This document shows, piece after piece, positions 10,521-19,141 of a stretch of 32,000 nt of DNA (position 1 is its first letter; each line of letters opens with the position of its first letter). Origin of the DNA: Halomicronema hongdechloris C2206 (GTDB lineage Bacteria > Cyanobacteriota > Cyanobacteriia > Phormidesmidales > Phormidesmidaceae). The stretch covers positions 1,620,001 through 1,652,000 of the forward strand of contig NZ_CP021983.2 in NCBI RefSeq assembly GCF_002075285.3. The letters run 5' to 3'. The position numbers and the translations under genes are program-made. Below the pieces are notes generated by a model. The model did not search any database, was not told the origin of the DNA, and saw only the letters and a list, made by a program, of their open reading frames with translations.

Positions 10521-10919
10521 ATGCTATTCAAACGAAAACCGGCTCCGCTGTTGACTTATCTGAGTCAGAAGACTGAATTTGAAGGCATCCTCCACGCTGA
10601 GGGGATGCTACGGGTCGATGGCATCGTCCATGGCACCATTGAGGTGGATGGTGACCTAGAGATTTCCGCGACTGGCTTGGTTGAGGGCCCGGACGTGAAG
10701 GCAACCAATATCGTGGTCCATGGGGTCTTAAAAGCCCGCGTGTCTGCGGCAGGCAAGTTGACCCTCAGCCGCAGCGCCCGTCTGGAGGGTGATGTGGTCG
10801 CCGGGTCCTTGGAAATGGAAGCCGGGGCCTACTATGCCGGCTATATCGAGACCCGCGATGCCAAGACCTTACCGCCCTCCCGCAACTTGCCGGAGCTATA
10901 TGGCTCCAACGAACTCTAG
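10521..10919 (+). CDS. Bactofilin-family (DUF583) polymer-forming cytoskeletal protein
   Basis: The 132-aa protein has the beta-helical repeat pattern typical of bactofilins: EGILHAEGMLRVDGIVHGTIEVDGDLEISATGLVEGPDVKATNIVVHGVLKARVSAAGKLTLSRSARLEGDVVAGSLEMEAGA. Confidence 0.85.
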   Translation: MLFKRKPAPLLTYLSQKTEFEGILHAEGMLRVDGIVHGTIEVDGDLEISATGLVEGPDVKATNIVVHGVLKARVSAAGKLTLSRSARLEGDVVAGSLEMEAGAYYAGYIETRDAKTLPPSRNLPELYGSNEL

Positions 10920-11025
10920 GACGCCAAAAGGCAGACGACAGAAGACAGACGGCAGCCAGCAGACAGGGACATCCCCATGAATGCAGCCTTTCCCCACGCT
11001 AGTCAATAGAGGCGTTAGGTCTGGA

Positions 11026-11595
11026 TTAAATTTGCAAGCTTTCCCCAGGGGTAACCGGTTGAGTTGGGGCGGAGCCGCCGGTATCGAAAATGAGGGCATC
11101 GCTGGAATAAGTGCTGCCGAAATTGGCGGCCAGACTGGCGACCTGCTGCAGGGCCGAACGCAGATCATCCGCCTGCAGCGACGACAGGGGATGCACATAG
11201 ACGGACACTAGGGTGCCATCGGTCACGGCGTAGCGGGCATCGAGGGCGGTGTGAAAATTGGCCACCAGCACATTGCGAACTTGAGCGGGGGTGAGTTGCT
11301 GCGCCGGCATAATCGGTGTGACGATGCGCATGCGGTCCCTCGCTTCATCGGCCAGGACGACTATAGACTGTTGGTCTAGGGTAAATTGCCACTGGCCAGC
11401 TTCCCCTTGCAGCCCAGCCACACTGTCCTGCAAAATCGCTTCCAGGCGCTCCAGCGTCATCACTGCTGCGGCCGTCTCTTGCACCTGAAGAGCTGGGGCC
11501 GAATCATGGGGAGGGGATGTCTGGGCCATGGCCACTCCGCTCACCCCGGTCCAGAGGGCAATCCCGGTAAGGGCACTGACATATAAGCGAGTCAT
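11026..11595 (-). CDS. Secreted protein of unknown function, possibly YbjN/CesT (type III chaperone-like) fold
   Basis: The N-terminal signal peptide is MTRLYVSALTGIALWTGVSGVAMAQ. The core (DRMRIVTPI...LVANFHTALDARYAV.DGTLVSVYVHPL) resembles the putative-sensory-transduction/chaperone-like family from memory only. Confidence 0.45.
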   Translation of the reverse strand: MTRLYVSALTGIALWTGVSGVAMAQTSPPHDSAPALQVQETAAAVMTLERLEAILQDSVAGLQGEAGQWQFTLDQQSIVVLADEARDRMRIVTPIMPAQQLTPAQVRNVLVANFHTALDARYAVTDGTLVSVYVHPLSSLQADDLRSALQQVASLAANFGSTYSSDALIFDTGGSAPTQPVTPGESLQI

Positions 11596-11699
11596 AACAC
11601 GGGTTTGTGAAAAGGTCTGCCCTCACCCTAGACAGGCTGGCTGAATCTTCTCTGAGAGATCGCTGAAAGGCCATTCATGATCTAAGCGTCGGCCGGTCA

Positions 11700-13580
11700 C
11701 TAGAGACAGTTTGAGGGAGCATGACTGAGGTCGTACAGATAAACAAAGGCGCCCACCGTGGCAAAGCTATCTAGCCGGTCGCCTAAGCAGTTCAAATGGG
11801 ACAGCATCAGCTGATTTTCTGCCTCCACCCAGGCATGGGAGAAGAGCACCCACACCCGGGACCGTCCCCGCAGTTGATTCAGATCGTTGATATAGCGGGT
11901 GCGCTCCTGGGCCGAGACTTGGTGGCCGTCTAGATCATCGAGGGAATCCACCCCGGCAATATACTCGCCGGCTTCATAGCCGTAGCGGTCGGCGTAGAAT
12001 TCAAACTGGCGAATGCCCCGCTGAAACACATACAAGGTATCCCCTGGTTGTTGATGGGCCTGCACATACGCCATCACCGGTTTGATTTCTTCTCGCAGAT
12101 GGGGCCGATAGAGTAGGGGCAAGGTATTGTACAGGGGCTGGCTCAACAGGATGACCGTCATTACCAGGCCAATGCCCCTGCCATGACCGGAGCCGGCGTT
12201 AACCAGGTGGTAGAGCCCCGCGGCCATGGCAATGATGAAGCAGGGAGCCAAAAACAGCACTAATCGGCCGGCAAAGGGATATTGCTGCAGGTAGGCCGCC
12301 ACGACAGTGACAATTACCGGCGATAGCAGCGTCAGCAGGGCCGCCCCACGATGTCTAGCCAGGGACACACACCCGACCACAAATGCTCCCAGGGCCAGCA
12401 CCCCCCTGATGATTGGCAGCAAAATTCCGGGCCAGGACACGTCCTCCCAGGGACTAGCAAAGCCCAGGGGTGAGTGGAAGAACAACCCCAACCGCTCAAT
12501 CAGCCAGACCAGGGTGGCAATGGGATGATAGGCCTCTGGAAATGCCCCCTTCGACTGCCAGGATGCCTGCAAGACTTCATTGCTGCCTAACTCTTGAATT
12601 GAGACCAGATAGAAGACCAAGAAGCTCACCAACCAGCTTAGATAAATGATGCGATTGGAGGGTGATAGCAATTGATAGGTGAGGGCGCGCCGGAGAGCGG
12701 TAAGGTGACGCCTGCGGGGCCGAGCCTGAGTCAGGCTAGTGCTCGTTTGACGCCAGTGCCTGGCAATGAGACTAATCGTCACCCCGGCCAGCACCAAAAC
12801 AGCGGGATGGGAGCACCAAATTGCGATCGCACCGGCAGCGGCGATAAAGATGGCCCTGGGTGTTGATAGCTTCAATTGGGTCTGTTGGGCCAGCCAAAAA
12901 CTTATCAAGGCGATGGCGACATCGGTTGAATACTGCTTGACTTCCGTCGAGAAGTAGACAAACGTATCGATGCAGCCAATGAAGATGAGTGCGATCAAAA
13001 TGCCATAGCCCTGCAGGTATTGACGAGCCATGGCATAAAACAAGACCAGCGTTAACAGCCCTGCCAGCAAGGGAAACAGCCGCAGGGCATATTCATTCAG
13101 ACCCAAGATCTGAGTGGCAAGCTTTTCGAGAAACAGGAAGCCAAACGGTGCCCCTTGGTCATAGTCAAGTGGCTTTAGTAACTCGGTGTAAGTGCGATTG
13201 CCGATGTTCAAGGCCAAGACGGCTTCATCGGCCCATAGGGAGCGATTGAACCCATATTGAATCACTCGAACCGCACCGCTGACGCCAATAATCAACCAGG
13301 CGATGCGCTCCAGGGCGACAGTCCCATAGCGCTTGCCGCCGCCCTGGCCCCCCGAGGCCGATACTGCTGGCGAACTGTTTTGCCATGCAGTTGCCCCGAG
13401 TTGGCCCCCTAAATCCCCCGATTCTGGAGGACTTTGATGCGCTTGCTCCCCCATTTTGGGGGGCTGGGAGGCCTGCGCCAACCACTTTCTCACCAGTGTG
13501 TTGCCAATTATGAATTTCGCCATTGGTATCAGAGCCGTGTGGCTATGGATTCGCCCACCAGAGCAAGGGATTGTATTCAC
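11700..13580 (-). CDS. Polytopic membrane glycosyltransferase, GT39/ArnT-PMT-like
   Basis: There are more than 10 predicted hydrophobic helices, an LWADEA (DE) motif after the first helix, and a C-terminal soluble domain. The true start is uncertain: Met at 13580, 13523 or 13454. Confidence 0.65.
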   Translation of the reverse strand: MNTIPCSGGRIHSHTALIPMAKFIIGNTLVRKWLAQASQPPKMGEQAHQSPPESGDLGGQLGATAWQNSSPAVSASGGQGGGKRYGTVALERIAWLIIGVSGAVRVIQYGFNRSLWADEAVLALNIGNRTYTELLKPLDYDQGAPFGFLFLEKLATQILGLNEYALRLFPLLAGLLTLVLFYAMARQYLQGYGILIALIFIGCIDTFVYFSTEVKQYSTDVAIALISFWLAQQTQLKLSTPRAIFIAAAGAIAIWCSHPAVLVLAGVTISLIARHWRQTSTSLTQARPRRRHLTALRRALTYQLLSPSNRIIYLSWLVSFLVFYLVSIQELGSNEVLQASWQSKGAFPEAYHPIATLVWLIERLGLFFHSPLGFASPWEDVSWPGILLPIIRGVLALGAFVVGCVSLARHRGAALLTLLSPVIVTVVAAYLQQYPFAGRLVLFLAPCFIIAMAAGLYHLVNAGSGHGRGIGLVMTVILLSQPLYNTLPLLYRPHLREEIKPVMAYVQAHQQPGDTLYVFQRGIRQFEFYADRYGYEAGEYIAGVDSLDDLDGHQVSAQERTRYINDLNQLRGRSRVWVLFSHAWVEAENQLMLSHLNCLGDRLDSFATVGAFVYLYDLSHAPSNCL

Positions 13581-13917
13581 TGCTGCAGAAAAAGAGTGGG
13601 AACAGTTTTAACCCCGGGGTCAGCAGCGGTTTAAGATGCGCGCGTCGGTATCGTGGGCCAAGGTTATTTTGCGGCATGCGGCGGATGAATGGGCGGGGGT
13701 TGAGTTGTTTTTGCAGCGATGGGCTGAGTTTGTCAGCCAGCAACACCATGACCGCTCAAGTGCCTGTGAGCAGGTGCTGGCCTAGAGAGGTCGGTTGCCT
13801 GGCCAACCTAACCCCCCACCCTAACCACAGTCATAACCTGTGGTGATGGGCGCAGAGCCCGGGACTCACCCGAGGGCAACGGCAAGCACCGTGGTTGATT
13901 CTCGCTAAGTCCCATGG

Positions 13918-14280
13918 ATGCGATCGCATCTTGCAACTGGGCAGCCGTCCCTTGATTTCCGGGAAAAGATTATTGACGTCTACTTTACAGAGCGGCTGTC
14001 GGTTCGCAAGTTAGCTAAGCGATTTGGCGTGTCGAAGAGTTTTATTGAAACTCTGTTGAAGCGCCTGCGAGAAACGGGTGATATTCAGCCTAAGCCTCAT
14101 GGGGGTGGCGCTCAGCCTAAACTCAATGCAGAACAACTAAAACTTGTGAAAGCCTTGGTGGATGCGGACAATGATGCGACCTTAGACGAACTCCGTGATC
14201 GCCTAGCTGCCGAGACCTCGATTTTGATCAGTCGGTCGTCCATGGGACGAATCGTGCAACAGCTTGAACTCACCCGTTAA
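13918..14280 (+). CDS. IS630-family transposase, N-terminal HTH part (orfA)
   Basis: LDFREKIIDVY..RLSVRKLAKRFGVSKSFIETLLKRLRETGDIQPKPHGGG is the classic IS630 N-terminus. It ends at a TAA that opens an A8 run. Confidence 0.8.
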   Translation: MRSHLATGQPSLDFREKIIDVYFTERLSVRKLAKRFGVSKSFIETLLKRLRETGDIQPKPHGGGAQPKLNAEQLKLVKALVDADNDATLDELRDRLAAETSILISRSSMGRIVQQLELTR

Positions 14281-14318
14281 AAAAAACGCTGCACGCTACT
14301 GAAGCAGGGAGTCTACGG

Positions 14319-14894
14319 GTGCGACAAGCCCGAGTCGAGTATTGGCAACAGATCCGAGACATAGCCCCGGAGAACCTGGTGTTTATAGATGAGGCGGGCG
14401 TTAACTTAGCCATGATCCGATTATATGCCCGAGCTCTCAAGGGCCAGCGTGCGATTGGGGAGCGTCCGGCCAAACGGGGGCAGAATGTGCCGCTGGTCAA
14501 TGCGCTCAGTTTGCGTGGTCCGATTGCTCCGCTGACGATTCTCGCTGCGATGGATGGCTTGACATTTGAAGCGTACATCATTCGTCGAGTAGCACCTAAC
14601 CTATGGCCTGGAGCCGTACTTATTGTGGATAATAGCTCTAGCCATAAAGCCACAGAAGAGGTCACAGTTGCGCTTGAGGCGGTAGGTGCCGAGATCAGAT
14701 TTTTACCACCCTATTCCCCAGACTTCTCACCGATAGAACCATTTTGGTCGAAGGTGAAGAATATTTTGAAATCAGTCGGCGCACGGACTTATCAAGCACT
14801 AGAAGAAGCGATTGAGTCTGCCTATTCTCAAGTCACGTTGGAAGATATTCGTAACTGGTTTACAAACGACTGTTACTGTACCTCACTCAAATGA
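14319..14894 (+). CDS. IS630-family transposase, DDE catalytic part (orfB)
   Basis: Catalytic-region motifs are FIDEAGVNL, LIVDNSSSHK and PPYSPDFSPIEPFWSKVK. The frame is already open from 14268 (THPLKKTLHATE), giving the usual ...KKTLHA.E junction of single-ORF IS630 transposases. Confidence 0.8.
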   Translation: MRQARVEYWQQIRDIAPENLVFIDEAGVNLAMIRLYARALKGQRAIGERPAKRGQNVPLVNALSLRGPIAPLTILAAMDGLTFEAYIIRRVAPNLWPGAVLIVDNSSSHKATEEVTVALEAVGAEIRFLPPYSPDFSPIEPFWSKVKNILKSVGARTYQALEEAIESAYSQVTLEDIRNWFTNDCYCTSLK

Positions 14895-15071
14895 GAACCG
14901 CTATATTGGAAAAACTGAACGAAATGTATGTAAACTCCCTCATTGAGGTTGCTCCATATCTTGATCAAGGAACTTTACAAAAAGTTTTCACCCCTCAAAA
15001 ATCCCAAAAGGTTCTGCTTTCATAAGCTAGCATTATAGTGTTGATGGAAAATTAATATTCTCCTAAGTGCT

Positions 15072-15287
15072 ATGACAGCAGCAGAGCTATTTCCAACTCT
15101 AAGAAGCCTACCTCGCGTAGACAAGTTAAAGGTGATGCAGTTTCTTATCGCTGAATTAGCAAGGGAAGAGGAACCCGTCTTGCAACCAGGAGCAACTTAT
15201 TCACTCTGGTCGCCTTTGGACTCACATGAAGCTGCTCACAAACTTGCTCAACTTCTAGAATCGGAGCAACCGACGCAAAATGCGTAA
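15072..15287 (+). CDS. Small acidic protein (71 aa), antitoxin-like partner of the downstream protease
   Basis: ORF MTAAELFPTLRSLPRVDKLKVMQFLIAELAREEE... Its stop overlaps the next start by 8 nt (ATGCGTAA). I do not recognise the family with confidence. Confidence 0.55.
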   Translation: MTAAELFPTLRSLPRVDKLKVMQFLIAELAREEEPVLQPGATYSLWSPLDSHEAAHKLAQLLESEQPTQNA

Positions 15288-15708
15288 AGCTCAGAGATTC
15301 AATTTTATAGAGGGATTTGATGCCTTTGGTGTTCCGGATGCTCTACCTCAGCTACCTCTAGCTCTGACATATCGAGGTGTGTCGGCGGAAGTTTCAGCAT
15401 TGCTAGATACAGGGGCAAGTGTTAATGTCTTGCCCTACAGTATTGGACTTCAACTTGGTGCAGTTTGGGAAGAGCAGACAACTTCCGTTACATTGGCTGG
15501 TAACTTAGCTTCTCTGGAAGCGCGAGGACTGTTGGTTTCTGCCAAGATCGGCGATTTCGATCCCGTCCGCTTAGTCTTCGCATGGAGTGTATCTGATGAT
15601 GCTCCACTGCTGTTGGGTCGGATGAATTTCTTTTTAGAGTTTGATGTCTGCTTCTACCGTTCTCAACTTGTATTTGAGGTTCGCCCCAAATCTCAAGATA
15701 CCGTATAA
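15280..15708 (+). CDS. Retropepsin-like (clan AA) aspartic protease domain protein
   Basis: The 142-aa protein has the LLDTGASVNVLP active-site motif (D-T-G-A) and the size of a single retropepsin lobe. Its start overlaps the upstream ORF. Confidence 0.7.
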   Translation: MRKAQRFNFIEGFDAFGVPDALPQLPLALTYRGVSAEVSALLDTGASVNVLPYSIGLQLGAVWEEQTTSVTLAGNLASLEARGLLVSAKIGDFDPVRLVFAWSVSDDAPLLLGRMNFFLEFDVCFYRSQLVFEVRPKSQDTV

Positions 15709-15771
15709 TCGGGATAGGGAGAATCCTCACCAATCTCCCCCTCCCACACCATCCGGCAAGCGAGTCCGCAC
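15708..15771 (-). ncRNA. Group II intron, 3' segment (3' half of domain V plus domain VI); 3' end approximate
   Basis: The minus strand reads GUGCGGAC UCGCUUGCCGGAUGGU GUGGGAGGGGGAGAUUGGUGAGGAUUCUCCCUAUCCCGAU. GGGAGA/UCUCCC extended by GGGAGG/UAUCCC forms a helix with an unpaired A 7 nt before a GAU end, as expected for a domain VI branch site. Confidence 0.5.
15764..15771. repeat. Target-site duplication GTCCGCAC (left copy) of the ISAs1-type element
   Basis: The identical 8-mer occurs at 17002-17009, immediately outside the two inverted repeats. Confidence 0.85.
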
Positions 15772-17001
15772 CAGGGCTATTTCATTCTAAAAATGGCCTT
15801 GAGGGTATCTAGACCAAACTTGCAGAGTCGTTCAGCCTGAGCCATATTGGCGAACTCGTTGGAGCGATAGAGGTTGAGCGCGAAGTTTCGAGCGACGGCG
15901 AAGATTTGCGGCAACTGGTGCATACGAATGCGCGAAGCATCTTCTCCCTGGGTCACATCCCGGATATGATGTACCTTATTTTCAACGCCCCAATAGCCCC
16001 GAATGCGCCGAGCCAAGGATTCCGCTGATTCTAAAAACGAGGCGACATAGTAGCGGGTCTCAGTTTCTAAGTGAGGCTGCCCGCCCTTCTTGAAGTGTCG
16101 CTCACTCTCCACTCGAATGAGCGTCTTCAGCCCTGGCCAGGGCTTGATGTTATCGAGGGTGGTGCATAGGCTAACGACCCGCTTCTCCAGTCGCCCATGC
16201 CCTTTACTGACCTCGGTGTAGCTGTCCTCAGCGATAAAGTTGGCCTGAACGCTTTTGTGCAAGTTACCCTGATTGCCTTTGAGGGCACCCAAGTAATGAT
16301 TGTCGGTGTCAAGGATGAGCTGACAGTTTTTTTTGGGTGCTAATCGCATCAAAGGCTATCACCACCCCCTTCAGCGCCAGTTGCTTAATGAACTCGGGCA
16401 GGGCTTTGATTTCGTTGGTCTTGTGCTCTACCTGATAGGGCTCCAGAATCAACCCCCGCTCCACCAGATAAGCACTGACCAATAGAATGGCGGGATGAGG
16501 GGGAGAGTCAGGATTGTCAGTCTCCAGTTGATACGACCCGCGTAAGACTTTGCCATCCACCGCTAAGGTTTCACCGGCTAACGGTTCAATGCCAAAGAAC
16601 CGAGCCAAGGCCGCCGAATACTGTCCATAGTCTAGCTTTAGCAGCACCCGGCGAATCGTGCTGTAGGAGGGAAGACGGCCCTTGGGCGGGTTGAAGAGGT
16701 CAATCAACTCGCTGCGGTAGCTTTTGAGCCAGTCGCCAATGGCCAGAAATCCACGATTACCGGCCGTCACCGCCAGGGTGAAGAGCGCCAGGCATAAGGC
16801 CATCTGATGTCGTTTGCCAGAGGCCTGACGGACATCTGGCAGGGCAACGAAGGCTTCGAGGATCTCGATGCGCTCTACAGCAGGCTCATGCCTCGAGTCG
16901 AGGGTAGTAGGGGTAGGGGGCAGACGCATAGACGCTAGGACCATTGGGATTAGCCTGAAACTCTAGCATCTTTAGGTCCCCTTGAGAATGAAATGGCCCT
17001 G
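15772..17001 (-). mobile_element. ISAs1-family insertion sequence (1230 bp)
   Basis: The terminal inverted repeats are CAGGGCTATTTCATTCT (15772-) and the reverse complement of 16985-17001, CAGGGCCATTTCATTCT (16/17 identical). They start with CAGGG, as I recall for the ISAs1 family. The element is flanked by an 8-bp direct repeat. Confidence 0.85.
15777..16944 (-). pseudogene. ISAs1-family (H-repeat-associated) transposase, split by a frameshift in a homopolymer
   Basis: The N-terminal ORF 16309..16944 (LPDVRQASGKRHQM..., LAVDGKVLRGSY, AFDAISTQKK) and the C-terminal ORF 15777..16352 (NHYLGALKGNQGNL..., IRGYWGVENKVHHIRDVTQGEDASR) overlap at T8 (16327-16334). Removing one base gives the contiguous reading STQKNCQLILDTDNHYLGALKGNQ. 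Confidence 0.8.
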
Positions 17002-17009
17002 GTCCGCAC
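17002..17009. repeat. Target-site duplication GTCCGCAC (right copy) of the ISAs1-type element
   Basis: Identical to 15764-15771. Confidence 0.85.
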
Positions 17010-17565
17010 AGGGCGGTTCCTCGGAAAGGTTTAGATATCAGGACAATGTCTGACTCCCAGGGCTGGCTACATAGTTAAGCGCTGTTCGATTAGTTCCCCC
17101 GGTCGGGTTCATCGCTCCCCTTCGCCGATTGTTGCCAACCGTCGGGCCGTCCCGATTGCCTTAGGGGTCTGTGGCTACCTGGCCGTTTCCCGCCAGACCT
17201 CAGTCAGACTCCCCTCGCGCTCTAGACTGCCACAGGGGCAGACCTCCCCAGATAAGACCGTGAACGTCGCCTGAGCGTGAGTCGAAGGCTGTCGCTGCAA
17301 CCGCACCATTTACCGCGTTCCCTGAACCAGTGGGCTTTGTCTTGTGTGGCAGACTCGCCCCAGGAATCTCGGCCTTCTATGATGTTTCTGTCCGTCGGCT
17401 CGCAGCTTTGCCGTTGGCTTCCTCCAGACCCTCCCTCGCGGGAACGCCCTTGCCTTAAGCTAGTCGTTGGTGTCTCTCGGCTCCAATTAGTTTCGAGCAT
17501 TTGGACACTGGTTCTCCTGCAGGGGACTTTCACCCCATTGATTCATGCCCGTGCCGGGCGTACAC
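17002..17565 (-). ncRNA. Group II intron, 5' segment (5' end, domains I-IV and 5' half of domain V); ORF-less
   Basis: The minus strand begins GUGUACGCCCGGCACGGGCAUGA..GGGGUGAAAGUCCCC. It continues with GCUUAAGGCAAGGGCG..GGUCUGGAGGAAGCCAACGGCAAAGC, ACAAAGCCC, GCGGUAAAUGGUGCGG, CUGGGGAGGUCUG and GAACCGCCCUGUGCGGAC. These blocks occur in the same order as in my recollection of the Oceanobacillus iheyensis group II intron (GUGUGCCCGGCAUGGGUGCAG..GGGUGAGAGUCCC..GAAGGAAGCGGACGGCAAACC..GAACCGCCGUAUACC). No reverse-transcriptase ORF is present. Confidence 0.75.
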
Positions 17566-17701
17566 AATTGCGTGAACCGGAGCGGCGAATTGGGCGGAAT
17601 CTGAAATCAACGCGTAACGTCGCCGCCTGGTTACGCTAAACGTTAAAGCGAACAGATTCAGAGTAAGCGAGTATTCATCTTAATAACAGGGGAAGATTGA
17701 C

Positions 17702-18553
17702 ATGGAAACCATCAATCAACAAAACGAAAATTCCAATCCCAGCTTGGGTTACTATCCCAACCCTGGCTGGGAATGGCAGAAACCCGAACCCAAAACCTAT
17801 CTCAAAGAGCATAACTTAGCTCAATATGCTCGCGTTTGGATCTTGAATCTAGTTGAGATTGTTCACTGGATTCTGCTAGTGCCCTCTTTCATTTTATCCT
17901 TCATCATTTTTCAACATGGGGATGCTCTGGCTGAAAGGCTTGGGACAGATATACAGGTCTATCTACTCTCCGTTGCCCCTTTGATTCAGGCTTTTGCTGG
18001 CTTAGTCGCTGTTGTTATGCATGAATATGAAGGCTGGCAGGTTGCGTACTTTAAAAATCCGCTCGACACCGATTTTGATATCAAGAATTTCAATAATGAG
18101 TGGTTGCGTGAAGTAGCATACAAGATGCTATTTTTCCTTCAAATAGTTGGACTGCTTGCTTTCTCTCTTGGTGTGTTTGGCATTAACAAAGTTTCGATCG
18201 CCTTTGCCGTTGCTAGTATCGTTCTTGCTTTTCTTGCCCCTCAAAATCCCAAAGCCACATTTACCTTTAACAATCAACCTGTCTTCCCTATTGCCACAGC
18301 ATTAGTAGTGATCTTTATCGTTAATGCAATCGTCAATTTCATTGCCTACTATTATCTTTTCTCTCCAGCCCTTCAACTTGCACAACTACCTAGAATTCTA
18401 GCTGGATTGGCTCCACTCCTTTTCATGATGGGAGGCGTGATTGAAGGAGTGTTTGCTGAGTCCACATTTAATCAATGGATTCACTTTGGGGCTGTTATCT
18501 TTCTCAATCTTGGACTACTGGTACAGATATACTTCTTCAATCTGCTCTGGTAG
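17702..18553 (+). CDS. Polytopic membrane protein of unknown function (about 6-7 TM)
   Basis: 283 aa with a purine-rich stretch upstream (caggggaag) and multiple long hydrophobic segments. The local sequence is low-GC. I recognise no family. Confidence 0.6.
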   Translation: METINQQNENSNPSLGYYPNPGWEWQKPEPKTYLKEHNLAQYARVWILNLVEIVHWILLVPSFILSFIIFQHGDALAERLGTDIQVYLLSVAPLIQAFAGLVAVVMHEYEGWQVAYFKNPLDTDFDIKNFNNEWLREVAYKMLFFLQIVGLLAFSLGVFGINKVSIAFAVASIVLAFLAPQNPKATFTFNNQPVFPIATALVVIFIVNAIVNFIAYYYLFSPALQLAQLPRILAGLAPLLFMMGGVIEGVFAESTFNQWIHFGAVIFLNLGLLVQIYFFNLLW

Positions 18554-18678
18554 GTTTCTCTATCAGAGTTTGGCTTGTCAAGACCGTTTATGATCTAGCT
18601 CTTGAATTTTGAATTCCACGGTACTAGAAATCGCTCAAAACTTACTTTCTTCAAGATTCAACGGAGGATTTTCTATCT

Positions 18679-19116
18679 ATGCTTAGTCATGAACCAGTAA
18701 AACTAGCCCGAGGCTACTGGATATTAGGGCTCGCTCAAGTTGTTCACAGTACAGAAGAGACGCTCTCCCAGCTTTACGTTCAGCTCAATTCGATGATTGA
18801 GGCATTGCATCAACACTTTCCTTGGTTTCCTTTAGTGGAACTTAGTGCAGATGTTTTTGCAGCAATCAATTATTTCATGCTTGCTTTGATCTTGGCTTCA
18901 GTTCCTGTTGCTGAGAAGGGTAATCGAACTGGCTTCTTCTTCATGTGGCTTTGGGCGATCGTCGAACTGTTCAATGGAGCGTTTCATATAGGGACATGGG
19001 TGTACTTTAAACACTATTTCCCTGGCGGAATCTCCGGTCCTATCCTCTTTGTTTTGAGTATTTTCTTGATTCAGCGGCTGCGAGCTACTTCAATTCAAGC
19101 GGCACAGGCTACTTAG
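18679..19116 (+). CDS. HXXEE-motif integral membrane protein
   Basis: 145 aa with a GGAGG about 12 nt upstream of the ATG. It has the VHSTEE (H-x-x-E-E) motif near the N-terminus and 3-4 hydrophobic helices. The family assignment is from memory of the Pfam HXXEE domain. Confidence 0.55.
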   Translation: MLSHEPVKLARGYWILGLAQVVHSTEETLSQLYVQLNSMIEALHQHFPWFPLVELSADVFAAINYFMLALILASVPVAEKGNRTGFFFMWLWAIVELFNGAFHIGTWVYFKHYFPGGISGPILFVLSIFLIQRLRATSIQAAQAT

Positions 19117-19141
19117 CAAACCTTAACCACAAGATGCAAAG

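Larger units (their letters stand above)
13900..14900 (+). mobile_element. IS630/Tc1-mariner-type insertion sequence (ends not resolved)
   Basis: It holds two consecutive ORFs encoding an HTH part and a DDE part typical of IS630 transposases. I could not identify the terminal inverted repeats or TA duplication by eye, so the boundaries are approximate. Confidence 0.7.

Noticed and set aside
17100-17540. Possible RNase P RNA, suggested by GUGAAAGUCC, ACAGAAACAU and GGUAAAUGGUGCGG in the RNase P-like order
   Set aside because: The universally conserved GAGGAAAGUCCGGGCUC (P4) and ACAGAACCCGGCUUA elements are absent. The 5' GUGUA, the domain V-like element and block-by-block similarity to a known group II ribozyme fit much better.
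17222-17639. ORFs 17222..17533 (minus) and 17277..17639 (plus)
   Set aside because: Both fall entirely inside the structured group II intron RNA. Their translations are low-complexity, Arg/Ser-rich and have no RBS or motif.
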